Positions 1-11,379 of a stretch of DNA of 64,000 nucleotides are shown one piece after another. This DNA comes from Mustelus asterias (taxonomy: Eukaryota), in contig NW_027590173.1 in the NCBI RefSeq assembly GCF_964213995.1, forward strand, positions 434,001 through 498,000, read 5' to 3'. Within the stretch, counting starts at the first letter, position 1; the number at the start of each line of letters is the position of its first letter. Made by a program: the position numbers and the translations under genes. The notes below the pieces were generated by a model. The model saw only the letters and a list, made by a program, of their open reading frames with translations, had not been told where the DNA came from and did no database searches.

Positions 1-522
1 TTTACTCACTCTCTGATACCGTGTGTGAGTGCGGGATTTACTCACTCTCTGATACCGTGTGTGAGTGCGGGATTTACTCTCTCTCTGATACAGTGTGGGA
101 TTTACTCACTCTCTGATACCGTGTGTGAGTGCAGGATTTACTCACTCTCTGATACAGTGTGAGAGTGTGGGATTTACTCACTCTCTGATACCGTGTGTGA
201 GTGCGGGATTTACACACTCTCTGATACAGTGTGTGTGTGTGGGATTTACTCACTCTAATACAGTGTGAGAGTGTGGGATTTACTCACTCTCTGATACAGT
301 GTGAGAGTGTGGGATTTACTCACTCTCTCTGATACAGTGTGAGAGTGTGGGATTTACTCACTCTCTGATACAGTGTGAGAGTGTGGGATTTACTCACTCT
401 CTGATACAGTGTGAGAGTGTGGGATTTACTCACTCTCTGATACAGTGTGAGAGTGTGGGATTTACTCACTCTCTGATACAGTGTGTGAGTGCGGGATTTA
501 CTCACTCTGATACAGTGTGTGA
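1..522. repeat. 36-bp minisatellite (GGGATTTACTCACTCTCTGATACAGTGTGAGAGTGT)n, about 14 units, runs off the window start
   Basis: Direct tandem repeats; gives 12-aa periodic spurious ORFs (VSKSHTLTLYQR). Degenerate units resume at about 2897-2945 after the CR1 insertion. Confidence 0.95.
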
Positions 523-812
523 GACCATAAGTTATCGGAGCAGAATTAGGCCACTCGGCCCATCGAGTCTTATCCGTCAATCATGACTGATATTTTTCTC
601 TTCCTCATTCTCCTGCCTTTTCCCCATAATCCCTGGTCCCCTTATTAATCAAGTCTATCTATCTCTGACTTAAAAAACACTCAATGACTTGGCCTCCACA
701 GCCTTCTGCAACAAAGAGTTCCACAGATTCACCAGTCCCTGGCTGAACAAATTACAGTAAGAAGTCTCACAACACCAGGTTAAAGTCCAACAGGTTTATT
801 TGGTAGCAAATA

Positions 813-849
813 CCATAAGCTTTCGGAGCAATGCTCCTTCGTCAGATGG
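813..849 (-). ncRNA. Minimal type I hammerhead ribozyme (Penelope pLTR, inverted arm)
   Basis: Reverse complement reads CCAT-CTGACGA-A-GGAGC-ATT-GCTCC-GAAA-GC-T-T-ATGG. Confidence 0.75.
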
Positions 850-1751
850 AGTGGTCTCTGTTCTCAAACAGGGCACAGACACAGAAATCAAATTACAGAA
901 TACTGATTAGAATGCAAATCTCTACAGCCAGCCAGGTCTTAAATGTACAGACAATGTGGGTGGAGGGAGCATTCAACACAGGTTAAAGAGATGTGTATTG
1001 TCTCCAGACAGTACAGCTTGTAAAATTGTGCAAGTCCAGGAGGCAAGCTGTGGGGGTTACTGATAATGTGACATAAATCCAACATCCCGGTTTAGACCGT
1101 CCTCATGTGTGCGGAACTTGGCTATCAGTTTCTGCTCAGTGACTCTGCGCTGTCGTGTGTCGTGAAGGCCGCCTTGGAGAACGCTTGCCTGAAGATCCAA
1201 GGCTGAATGCCCGTGACTGCTGAAGTGCTCCCCCACAGGAAGAGAACAGTCTTGCCTGGTGATTGTCGAGCGGTGTTCATTCATCCGTTGTCGTAGCGTC
1301 TGATGAATGACAACGGATGAATGAACACCGCTCGACAATCACCAGGCAAGACTGTTCTCTTCCTGTGGGGGAGCACTTCAGCAGTCACGGGCATTCAGCC
1401 TTGGATCTTCAGGTAAGCGTTCTCCAAGGCGGCCTTCACGACACACGACAGCGCAGAGTCACTGAGCAGAAACTGATAGCCAAGTTCCGCACACATGAGG
1501 ACGGTCTAAACCGGGATGTTGGATTTATGTCACATTATCAGTAACCCCCACAGCTTGCCTCCTGGACTTGCACAATTTTACAAGCTGTACTGTCTGGAGA
1601 CAATACACATCTCTTCAACCTGTGTTGAATGCTCCCTCCACCCACATTGTCTGTACATTTAAGACCTGGCTGGCTGTAGAGATTTGCATTCTAATCAGTA
1701 TTCTGTAATTTGATTTCTGTGTCTGTGCCCTGTTTGAGAACAGAAACCACT

Positions 1752-1788
1752 CCATCTGACGAAGGAGCATTGCTCCGAAAGCTTATGG
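1752..1788 (+). ncRNA. Minimal type I hammerhead ribozyme (Penelope pLTR)
   Basis: Stem I CCAT/ATGG, core CTGACGA, stem II GGAGC/GCTCC, GAAA, and palindromic AGCT in place of stem III. Confidence 0.8.
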
Positions 1789-3844
1789 TATTTGCTACCA
1801 AATAAACCTGTTGGACTTTAACCTGGTGTTGTGAGACTTCTTACTGTGCTTACCCCAGTCCAACGCCGGCATCTCCACATCATGAACAAATTACTCCACA
1901 TCTCTGTTTTAAAGGATCGTCCCTTTAGCCTGAGATTGTGCCCTCTGGTTCTAGTTTTTCCTGATTTTGGAAACAAACTCTCCATGTCCACTCTATCCAG
2001 GCGTCACAGTATCCTATAAGTTTCAACAAGGTCCCCCCTCATCCTTGTGAACTCCAATGAGTACAGACTCAGAGTCCTCAACTGTTCCTCATATGACAAG
2101 CTTTTCATTCCAGAGATCATTCTTGTGAACCTCCTCTGGGCCCTTTCCAAGGCCAGCACATCCTTCCTTAGATACGGGGCCCAAAGATGCTCACAATACT
2201 GCAAATGGGGTGTGACTGGAGCCTTGTCCAGCCTCAGAAGTACATCACTGCTCTTGTACTGTATCCCTCTCGACATGAATGCTAACATTGCATTTGCCTT
2301 CCGAACTGCCAACTGACCCTGCCGGTTAACCTTAAGAGAATCTTGAACAATGACTCCCAAGTCCCTTTGCGCTTCTGATTTCCTCAGCATTTCCCCATTT
2401 AGAAAATAGTCTATGCCTCCATTCCTCCCTCCAAAGTGCATAACCTCACACTTTTCCACATTGTATTCCATCTGCCACTTCTTTGCCAACTCTCCTAGCC
2501 TGTGCAAGTCCTTCTGCAGCCCCCCTGCTTCCTCAGTACTACCTGTCCCTCTCCATATCTTTGTATCATCTGCAAACTTAGCAACAGAGCTTTCACTTCC
2601 TGCTTCCAAATTGTTAATGTATATGGTGAAAAGTTGTGGTCCCAGCACTGATCCCTGAGGCACACCACTCAACATCGGCTGCCATCCTGAAAAAGACCTC
2701 TTTATCCCCACCTTCTGCCAGTCAGCCAATCCTCTATCCATGCCTGGATCTTACCCTTAACATCATGGGCTCTTAACTTATTTAACAGTCTCCGACTCAG
2801 CACCGTGTCAGAAGGCCTTCTGGAAATCTAAATAAATCACGTCCACTGGTTCTCCTTTATCGAACTTCCTTTTGCCTCCTCAAAGAACTTTAAAACTTAG
2901 TGTGGGATTTACTCACTGATAGAGCATGTGAGTGTGGGATTTGTATCTGTGAATGGATGAGAACATATCTGAGTTTATGATTCATTCTGTATCTGGGTCT
3001 CATTGTGTGTCTGTCCAAAGGTGGTGCATGTGACTGCATGTAGTAATAATTCTCTTCTTGGTGGTATTAGTTTTATTTTTGTTTGTATCGCTCTCATCCA
3101 CAATATCAGTGTGTTCATTTTATTCTGTATCTGTCAGTCTCTGTACCTGTATTTCAGTGCATGTGTTGCAGGACGGCAGTGGAATCACACACTGACTCTG
3201 TTTGACTGTTCTTCCTTTGCGCTTGATAAGCAATTGATAAAATACTCAATGTATCGTGTATTTTCTACCTATCCTCTTAAATTTAATCAACATTTTTCCT
3301 TCTGACAGGCAAAGAGTTGAAACCAGCAGAATAAATGGAGCGATTCTTTCACACAAGGTGAATTCCAGCCAGCTCCTCACACACAGTAAGTGTCACTCAC
3401 ACACACAGCAGAGATGGCCAAGAGGTTCACTTGCTGGAGTTCTGATCCATTGTGCTCTGCAAGCACAGGCCCCAAGCACAACATTGTTGTTGGTTTATGG
3501 TTCAGTCATCTGGTTGGTTCGACACCAGCACATAGAAGTAGCAGAAAGGAATAAGGCAGAAAGGAGGGAGAGTGATGGATAATACTGGAGAAGGAGCAGA
3601 CTAAGAAGCATTGAAGTTAGTCCTCTTCCAATTTAGAATGTCTACTTTAGATTGTTCCTTGCTAATGTCAAGCTTGTGATCCAATGATCACTGGATAAAA
3701 ACACAGACACTTGATTCATGTGGCCAACCTTGGCCCACCCCATTCCCCAGCACCAGATCCAGCAATGCTTTGTTCATAGTTTCTTGAGAATACTCTGGTC
3801 CAAGAAATTCTCTTGAACATATTTCAAAAATTCCCAGACAGATG

Positions 3845-3985
3845 AATGTATGAATTAGGAGCAGGTGTAGGCCACTTGGCCCCTTGCGCCTGCTCCACCA
3901 TTCAATATGATCATGACAGGTCTGATTGTAACTTCAAACCCACATCCTTACCTATCCCCGATAATCTTTCACCTCCTTGCTTCCT
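3845..3985 (-). mobile_element. CR1 3' UTR fragment
   Basis: AGGAGCAGGTGTAGGCCACTTGGCCCCTT is the reverse complement of the CR1 tail seen elsewhere in the window. Confidence 0.6.
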
Positions 3986-5283
3986 CATAGCACCAGGGAG
4001 CCGGGTTCAATTCCAACCTTGGGTGACTGTCTGGAATTTGCACATTCTCCCTGTATCAACATTTGTTCCTCTGGGTGCTTTTTCTGAGTGGCAGTCAGTG
4101 ACTAGTGCAGCTCTGCAGGGATCAGTGCCAGGACCCCAACTGTTCACATTATATATTAATGATTTAGAAGAGGGAACTAAATGTATTATCTCCAAATTTG
4201 CAGATGATACGAAGTTGGGTGGGAGGGTAAGCTGTCGGGAGGATGCAGAGTTACTTCAGCGTAATTTGGACAAGCTGAGTGCATGGACATCGCATGTCAG
4301 ATGCACTATAATGTGGATAAATGTGAGGTTATCCACTTTGGTAGAAGGAATAGGAAAAAAGATTATTACATGAATGGTTGTAAATTTAGAGAGGTGGATA
4401 TTCAATGAGATCTTGGAGTCCTCATGCATCAGTTGCTGAAAGTAAGAGCGCAGGTACAGCAGGCAGTAAAGAAGGCAAATGGTATGTTGGCCTTAATAGC
4501 GAGAGGATTTGAGTACAGAGATAGGGATGTTTTGCTGCAATTGTGTAGGGCATTGGTGAGGCCACACCTGGAGTATTGTGTGCACTTTTGGTGTCCTTAT
4601 CTGAGGAAGGATGTCCTTGCTATAGAGAGAGTACAATGGAGGTTTACTTGGCTGATTCCTGGGCTGGCAGATGTGTCATATGATCGGAGACTAAATTGCT
4701 TAGGATTCAGAGAGACTAAGTTGGCTGGAAAGAATATTCCAAATGGTGGGGGAGTCCAGAACTAGAGGTCTTGGTTGAGGATAAGGGGTAAAGCTTTTGG
4801 AACTTGGGTGAGGAGAAATTTCCTCACCCAGAGGGTGGTGAATGTGCAGAATTCACGACCACAGAATGTAGTTGAGGCCAAAACGTTGTCTGGTTTCAAG
4901 AAGAAATTAGATATAGCTCTTGGGTTCAAAGGGATCAAGGGATATGGGGGGGAGAGTGGGGATCAGGATATTGAATTCAATGATCAGAATGAATTGTGGA
5001 GCAGGCTCGATGGGCTGAATGGCCGACTCCTTCTGATTTCTATGTTTCTACGCTCCAGTTTCCTCACACATTCCAAAGATGTGCAGGTTAGGTGGATTGA
5101 CCATGCTAACTTGCTTCTTTGTGTCCCAAGATGTGTAGGTTAGGGGGATTAGCAGGGTAAATGCATGGGGTTACAGGGATGCAGCAAGGAGTGGGCCTCA
5201 GAAAGATGCTCTGTTGGAAAATCAGTGCTAACCCGAGGGGCCAAATGGCCTTCGTCGACACTGTAGGTATTCTATGATTTTCT
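3985..5283 (+). mobile_element. V-SINE/HE1-like SINE (3985-4075 and 5052-5283) split by a nested CR1 fragment
   Basis: CACCAGGGAGCCGGGTTCAATTCC...TTTGCACATTCTCCC resumes as CTCCAGTTTCCTCACACATTCCAAAGATGTGCAGGTTAGG after the CR1. Confidence 0.7.
4075..5050 (+). mobile_element. 5'-truncated CR1 (RT C-terminus to 3' tail), frameshifted
   Basis: LQGSVPGPQLF, KFADDTK and RPHLEYCVHFW motifs; ends in a TTTCTATG-like tail. Confidence 0.88.
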
Positions 5284-5284
5284 A

Positions 5285-5650
5285 TCCACCTCTGCAATCA
5301 AAATATTGAAAGATTTTGCTTGCTTTGCCTTTTGAGGAAGGGAGTTCCATCGACACACAACCCTCTGAGAGAAAATAATCTCGCCTCATCTGTGCCTCAA
5401 ATGAATGACCCTTTATTTTTAAACAGTGACCCCTCATTCTAGATTCTCCCACAAGAGGAAATATGCTCTTCATATCCATCCTGTCAAGACCACTCCGATC
5501 TGTAAAGTTTCAATCAAGTCGACACTTACTCTTCTAACCTCTCGCCTGCAAATTTATTCCCTCCAACATTTCCTCATGAGACAACCCGCTCCTTCCTGGT
5601 ATTAATCCCGTAAACCTTCTCTGAACTGTTTCAAGCACATCTACATATTT
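5285..5650 (-). mobile_element. CR1 3' ORF2 fragment
   Basis: IFPLVGESRMRGHCLKIKG motif in ORF 5282..5479(-). Confidence 0.7.
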
Positions 5651-5926
5651 AGCTGAAGCTAAACGAAGCATGTTATTTATTGGGAAAATTATTATATATT
5701 ATCTTTATTTGTTCTCGCAAGTAGTCTCACAGTACAAGGTTAAAGTCCATCTGGGTTTTTTGGTGGCATGAGCTTTCAGCGCGCTGCTCCTTGTTGGAGT
5801 GTAACCGGGGACAACTTTGATTGGATGTAATGTGACCAATGGGAACAAGATGTAAGGGTCAGCTGACCCAAAAAAGCATGGAACCAATCACAGAGTGATG
5901 TAATAGTCAGCTGATGAGCTGATTCA

Positions 5927-5960
5927 TTCTTGGCCTTTTGGCTGAGATCAGGTGTAGTAT
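5927..5960 (+). pseudogene. U2 snRNA 5' fragment (about nt 6-39, ending just after the branch-point recognition sequence GTAGTA)
   Basis: TTCTtGGCCTTTTGGCTgAGATCAgGTGTAGTAT, 31/34 identical to vertebrate U2 as recalled. Confidence 0.85.
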
Positions 5961-6041
5961 GGTCGGCTGCGCTTGGTTGAGGTCATTGGGTTGCACTGAA
6001 GCTTCGTGTGTTTCATATGAAGCAATTTTTTTAAAGCGGCA

Positions 6042-6062
6042 TCTCGGCCTTTTGGCTAAGAT
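6042..6062 (+). pseudogene. Second U2 snRNA 5' fragment (about nt 7-27, stem-loop I)
   Basis: TCTCGGCCTTTTGGCTAAGAT, 21/21 identical to U2 as recalled. Confidence 0.8.
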
Positions 6063-6283
6063 GCAGATGAGCTCAAGTCTTGGAGGAGGAACCTCCCCCT
6101 TCTCCAATCAGCTTAGCTCATGTAGATCAGGCCCAGGACAGGGTGATTTGGTCGCTCGCCCTGTCTTGTTAGCCTGGATCTGAAATGTCTCAACTTGTTG
6201 AGACTCTGAATTGGATTTGATTTGATTGAATTGGAAAAGTATAAAAAAAATATATGCCCTGTTTGTGAACCCAATTCTCCACT

Positions 6284-6318
6284 CACCTGAGGAAGGAGAA
6301 GTGCTCCGAAAGCTCGTG
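6284..6318 (+). ncRNA. Minimal hammerhead ribozyme (Penelope pLTR)
   Basis: CAC-CTGAGGA-A-GGAG-AAGTG-CTCC-GAAA-GC-T-C-GTG. Stem I (CAC/GTG) differs from the 1752 copy but still pairs. Confidence 0.72.
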
Positions 6319-6439
6319 CTACCAAATAAACCTGTTCGACTTGAACCTGGTGTTGTGAGACTTCTTACCGTGCCCACCCCAGTCCAATGCCGGCATCACG
6401 ACATCTGATTTGTTCTAGTATAAGGTGTAAATTTTACAT

Positions 6440-8150
6440 TGAAGACACGTCAGGTGAAGACAGCTGAGTGGAATGTGCGGTTTGTCTCATGTGGGGAGTC
6501 TTGGATGCGGCCAGTGTCTTGAATGACCACATGTGCAGGAAGTGTTCCCAGCTGCAGAATCTGGAGCTCCAGGTTTCGGACCTTGAGGAGCAGCTGGACA
6601 GACTGTGATGCATTTGAGAGGCTGAGAGTTATGTGGACAGCACATTTAGAGAGATGGTCACAGCAGAGCTCAAGGTACTAGAGGAAAGAAGGGAATGGGT
6701 GACCACTGAGCAGTCCAGGAAGAACAGGCATGTGGAATCATAGAATAGAATTATTGAATCCCTACAGTGCAGAAGGGGGCCATTCAGCCCATCGAGCCTG
6801 CACCAATAACCATCCTACCCAGCCCCTATCCCCATAACCCCAGGTATTTACGCTGCCAATCTCTCTAACCTACACATCTTGGGGCACTAAAGGGCAATTT
6901 AGCATGGTCAATCCACCTAACCTGCACATTTTTGGACTGTGGGAGGTAACCAGAGCACCAGGAGGAAACCCACACATAAACCGGGAGAATGTGCAAATTC
7001 CACACAAACAGCCATCCAAGGCCAGAATTGAAGCCGGGTCCCTCATGCTGTGAGGCAGCAATGCAAACCACTTTGTCACCCTGCCACCCAAACGGGTACT
7101 GCAGGAGTCCCCTGGGATCCTAGTCACGAACATGTCTTCCATTTTGGATGCAGATGAGGGTGCTGGTCAGCACCCCAGAGGAGTGCAGTCAGAGCCAAGA
7201 TTCTGGCACCACAAGCATCTTGCTTGAACAGGTGGGGAAGAAGAAGACAGGAAGAGCAATAGTGATAGGGAATTCATCAGTCAGTAGAGCAGACAGGCAT
7301 TTCTGTGGCCAAGGATTTGACTTCAGGATGGTGTGTTATCTCTCTGGCCAGTGTCAGGGATGTCACTGAATCGCTGCAGGACATCCTGAAAGAGGAGGGT
7401 GATAGGATAGAGGTTGTGATACATATAAAAGTAGCAGAAAGGAATAAGGGCAGAAAGGAGGGAGAGTGATGGATAATACAGGAGAAGGAAGTAACACCAT
7501 GTTGGATAGAAGGAGATTAACAAGTACTATGAAGAATGTCCAGACAGGTTTCCAATGTATGTAAACACAAAGTGTGATAAATAAGGTTGATGAGCTTGAA
7601 GGACCAAGAGAAATGTGGGAATCTGATGCGAAGGCAATGACAGAAATGTGGCTTAAAGAGTGAAGACAGGGTGCTGAATATTCAAGAATTGTGTTCAGAA
7701 AGAGATAGATAAGAGAAAAGGAGAGGTGGGATGACAATACTGACCAGGGAAGTCATTGTAGTGTTGGAGAGTGGAGATGTCCTTGAGGTGACAAGGACAC
7801 AATCCAGTTGTTTAAAGTCTGAAATCAGTGTAAGGGGAACTATTGAGAAAAATTGTGAGGGTCAAAATTAATCTCCATTTGCAGAGGCAAGGATTAATCA
7901 AGGATAGTCAGCATGGCTTTGTTCGGGGGAGATCATGTCTAACAAATTAGATTGAATTTTTTGGGGAGTTGTCTAGCCTTGTAGGTCAGGGCAGTGAGTT
8001 GATGTCGTCCACATGGACTTCAGTAAGGCATTTGACAATGGGAGACTGGTCAAGAAGATATGAGCCCATGGGATCCAGTATAATTTGGAAAATTGCATCA
8101 AAACCTTTCGTAGTGGCATAAAGCAGAGGGTGATGGTCACAGGTTGCATG
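6440..8150 (+). mobile_element. Decayed CR1 (ORF1 and ORF2 remnants with internal deletions)
   Basis: RAIVIGNSSVSRADRHFCG...RMVCYL esterase-like ORF1 motif; ATGGACTTCAGTAAGGCATTTGAC (MDFSKAFD) at about 8012. Confidence 0.75.
6735..7089 (-). mobile_element. V-SINE/HE1-like tRNA-derived SINE
   Basis: tRNA-like head, central TTTGCACATTCTCCC...GGTTTCCTCC domain and CR1-like tail. Confidence 0.85.
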
Positions 8151-8289
8151 TTCCTTTGTGTTCCAGCTTGTGCAGATTCAATGGTTTGTGGGTTATTTGG
8201 ATAGTGTGGGAGGGGTTTGTGTGGGCAAATGTAAGATGCTGAGTCAGTGCAGACTAGATGGCATAAATATCCTCCCCCACTATAGGGAT

Positions 8290-8600
8290 GCAAAGAACAA
8301 AGAACAATACAGAACAGAAACAGATCCTTTAGCCCACCAAGTCTGTACCGATGCAGATGCCTCTCTGATCTTTGGAACAAGTTTGGTGAACCTTTGTTAC
8401 ACTTTCTATCACAAAATAATTATCCTTCCTAAGGTAAGGGGACCAAAACTACACACAGTTCTCCAGGTGCCGTCTAACCAAGCTGCTATACAATTAAAGT
8501 AAGGCTTCACTTCTGCTGTACTCAAAACCTTTTGCAATAACGTCCAACATATCATTAGCCTTCCTAATTGCCATCTGGACCTGCATGTTAACATCTTTAG
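8290..8600 (-). mobile_element. CR1 fragment
   Basis: AGAACAAAGAACAATACAG tail plus a decayed RPHLEYC-region remnant. Confidence 0.55.
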
Positions 8601-9739
8601 TCCTTTTGTACATCTACATTTTCTTATCTTTTATCTTGACAGGTATATATCACAGGAATAAAACAAATTCATCCACTCACAGATATAAAACACGGTGTCA
8701 CCTTGATCACACATTAAGTAATAATTCTTCGCTCAGACAGATAAAAGATAATTGTACAATACTGAATAAATTACAATTAATTACCTGATAAATATGTAAA
8801 TGAATCCAAAAAAGCTCAATATGAGTAAGACAGAAAGATGTAACAGCAATTCCTTTGCTTCCAATTGCAGGAATTGCTTCCCAGGTTATGTATCCAATTG
8901 TTACCATTCACAGAATTACAAATTGAATACTCACACACAGCTGCTGAATATAAACAGGGACAGTCAAATGTACTGGAAATCTACATGAAAAAATAAATTG
9001 AAAGATGAACAAATATCAATACATTATGTTTTTAGCATGCAGTGTTTATCACAATGTCTGAGATACATGTAAAGTTAAAGTACAGAAGTATCCCACACTT
9101 CAACACAACGCAAGAGACACATGGATAAAGATTGATTCCTACACCCACATGGATAATCAGAGAATCACAGATGTAAAATTAATCCTACTTTCTCAAACTC
9201 TCTAGAGACAGATGGAAGAACAAGGAATTCCAAAACATACTAGAGAATGACAACTACAGAATGATACCTACATTCAAACTTTTGTTTTGAGAAACAGTGA
9301 AGCAAAATGAAGTCCACTCTCACACAGTATCACAAGTAGCATCCATAGAATGAACCCTGCATTCACACACAACACCACAGACAGACAGAAAAGCACACCC
9401 AGATGTTGTACCAGAGACCGATGCATACAGTATGATTCAGACACTTATGCAGTTACTCAATGACACATGCCTGCAGAACTGAAATCAAACTCCCATTCAA
9501 TTCAAGACACTGGCATGAGCAGAATTTACCCCATATTAACATACACAGTGGAGACTGATATAGTGCGTGAGTCACAAAATTATGTTCAGCCAATCTCACA
9601 CATGCAAGCTGGCAATCAACAGACAAATACACATTTTGTTTCACATACTGTACCCAATACTTACAGGCACATAATTAATCACATTCTGTACATGAAATAG
9701 AGAGATGCTATTTCAGTCCCACACTCAGCCTCACTGATT

Positions 9740-10072
9740 TAGAATAGGATCCCTCCAGTGCAGAAGGATGTTATTTGACCCATCAAGTCTGCACTGACTC
9801 AGCATTTTACCCAGGCCCTATCCCCATAACCCCACAAATTTACCACGGCTACATCCCCTAACTACACATCTTGGGATACCAAGGGGCAATTAACATGGCC
9901 AATCCGAATAACCTGCACAACTTTGAACTGTGGGAGGAAACCAGTGCACTTGGAGAAAACCCATGCAGATAAGGGGAGAATATGCAACCTCCACAAAGAC
10001 AGGCGTCCGAGGCCGGAAACGAACCTGGGTCCCTGGCATTGTGAGGCAGCTCTCTAACCATTGTGTCGCCCG
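9740..10072 (-). mobile_element. V-SINE/HE1-like SINE
   Basis: Same head, body and tail as 22560-22902, in reverse. Confidence 0.85.
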
Positions 10073-10419
10073 TTCTTGCAGTGTACTTCACAAATGGTGC
10101 ACACTGTGTATGAATGGTTGAGGGAGTAAATGCTGAAGCTGGTGAATGGTTTGCAAGTGAAACCAAAAACTAGATTTGTTTCTGAGATTCTTTGGTGTTG
10201 TTGGAGGTGCACTGACCAGTGAGTGGAGAGTATTCCATCCCTTACCTAAATGTGGTATTCAATTGTGAAAAGTCTGTTGGAAAATAGGTCAGTCACTAGC
10301 TATGGACATGCTCTGTTCTATTTTTAAAGCCAAAGTCATATTGTGACAGGATACAAGAAGTACCTTGTACTCATTTATCGTTAATTACAGTCACAGAATG
10401 ATGACCATGCTAAAACATA

Positions 10420-11000
10420 ATTAGAAGATAAGAAATTGGAGCAAGAGTCGGCCATTCGGCTCTTCGAGTCCACATTGCCATACAGTGAGATCATGACTGA
10501 TTTTCCACTTCAACACCATTTTCCTGAACTATCCCCGTAACCCTTGATGTTTTTGATATGTAGAAATCTATCAATCTCACTCATGAACATATTTAATGAT
10601 TAAATCTCCTCATATCTCTCCGCATTGCTTCTATCTGCAAAATTGTTGTCCATTCGCTCAGCCTCTTCAAATACACACAAAGAGTCTTTGCCTCCTTCTC
10701 ACAACTCACACATCCACCTTGTTTGTGACAGCTACCAATTTGGAAATATTACCTTTAATCCCAAATCATTGATACACAGATTGTAGAAAGCAGTGGCCCA
10801 AACACTGATCCTTGTGGTAGCCCACTTGTCATAGCCTGCTAACTTGAAAATGACCCATTTGTTCCTACTCTCAGTTTTCTGTCCATCAGCTCGTTCTCAG
10901 TCTATTCCAGGACATTCTCTCCCCCAGCACCACCACCACCCCCCCCCCCCCCCCGTGCTCTCATTTTCTTTATTTGCCTCTGGTGTGGAACCGTATCAAG
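10420..11000 (-). mobile_element. Decayed CR1 fragments
   Basis: CR1 tail (GGAGCAAGAGTCGGCCATTCGGC) and CACTGATCCTTGTGG (PQGSV) remnants. Confidence 0.6.
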
Positions 11001-11379
11001 GCGTGTAGCCAGTAATATCCAATTCTGATTCCACTCCTTCTTGCAGTCAGCTTTTTGTTTTAGCAACAATGTCAATGTGGCTGTTGCTCATCAAACTTAT
11101 TCCCCTTCCACACGCCCAGATATTGTACACTGCCAGCTCCCGGTGATGGGCGGAAGTAAAGCAGAGCAGTTGGTGCTGGTGAGGAAGGGGAAATGTATGA
11201 ACAGTATCAGCAGTCTGATAGAGTGATGTGGGATTAGCAGCAGAGAGAATGCGCTGGTGCGGCAGAGGGAGTGAGAGGGTCAGGGGGTTGGGTGGATCGG
11301 GGCGGACAAGGGGAAAGGACGGATTGACAACAGACTGGTTGCTGCTCAAATCCACAAACTATGTGTTTGTGTATCTGAA

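Larger units (their letters stand above)
756..1882. mobile_element. Penelope-like element fold-back: 539-bp inverted arms (754-1292 / 1309-1847), 16-nt spacer, about 35-nt tail, 12-bp TSD
   Basis: Mirror ORFs 1057..1338(-) and 1317..1544(+) encode a GIY-YIG C-terminus (QRMNEHRSTI...VGEHF...EQKLIAKFRTHEDGLNRD). TSD TGAACAAATTAC at 744-755 and 1883-1894. Confidence 0.92.
527..2890 (-). mobile_element. 5'-truncated CR1-type LINE (RT C-terminus and 3' UTR), interrupted by a Penelope insertion at 756-1882
   Basis: ORF 2004..2741(-) has GVPQGSVLGP, KFADDTK and PHLQYC motifs; the CR1 3' UTR continues at 527-755. Confidence 0.9.
5716..6407. mobile_element. Penelope fold-back (short inverted pLTR 5716-5792, direct pLTR plus tail 6251-6407) enclosing a 460-bp foreign cassette
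   Basis: Same pLTR sequence as 756-1882; 9-bp TSD ATTTGTTCT at 5707-5715 and 6408-6416. Confidence 0.75.

Noticed and set aside
320-586. Repetitive ORFs 320..580 and 347..586
   Set aside because: Artefacts of the 36-bp (in-frame) minisatellite.
5905-5925. CTGATGA as another hammerhead core
   Set aside because: No stem II followed by GAAA.
5927-6062. A functional U2 snRNA gene
   Set aside because: Only 5' fragments; no Sm site or 3' stem-loops follow.
8600-9730. AT-rich CA-biased stretch possibly paralogous to 2950-3300, 43800-44080 and 59900-60500
   Set aside because: Similarity is only suggestive by eye and needs a real alignment.
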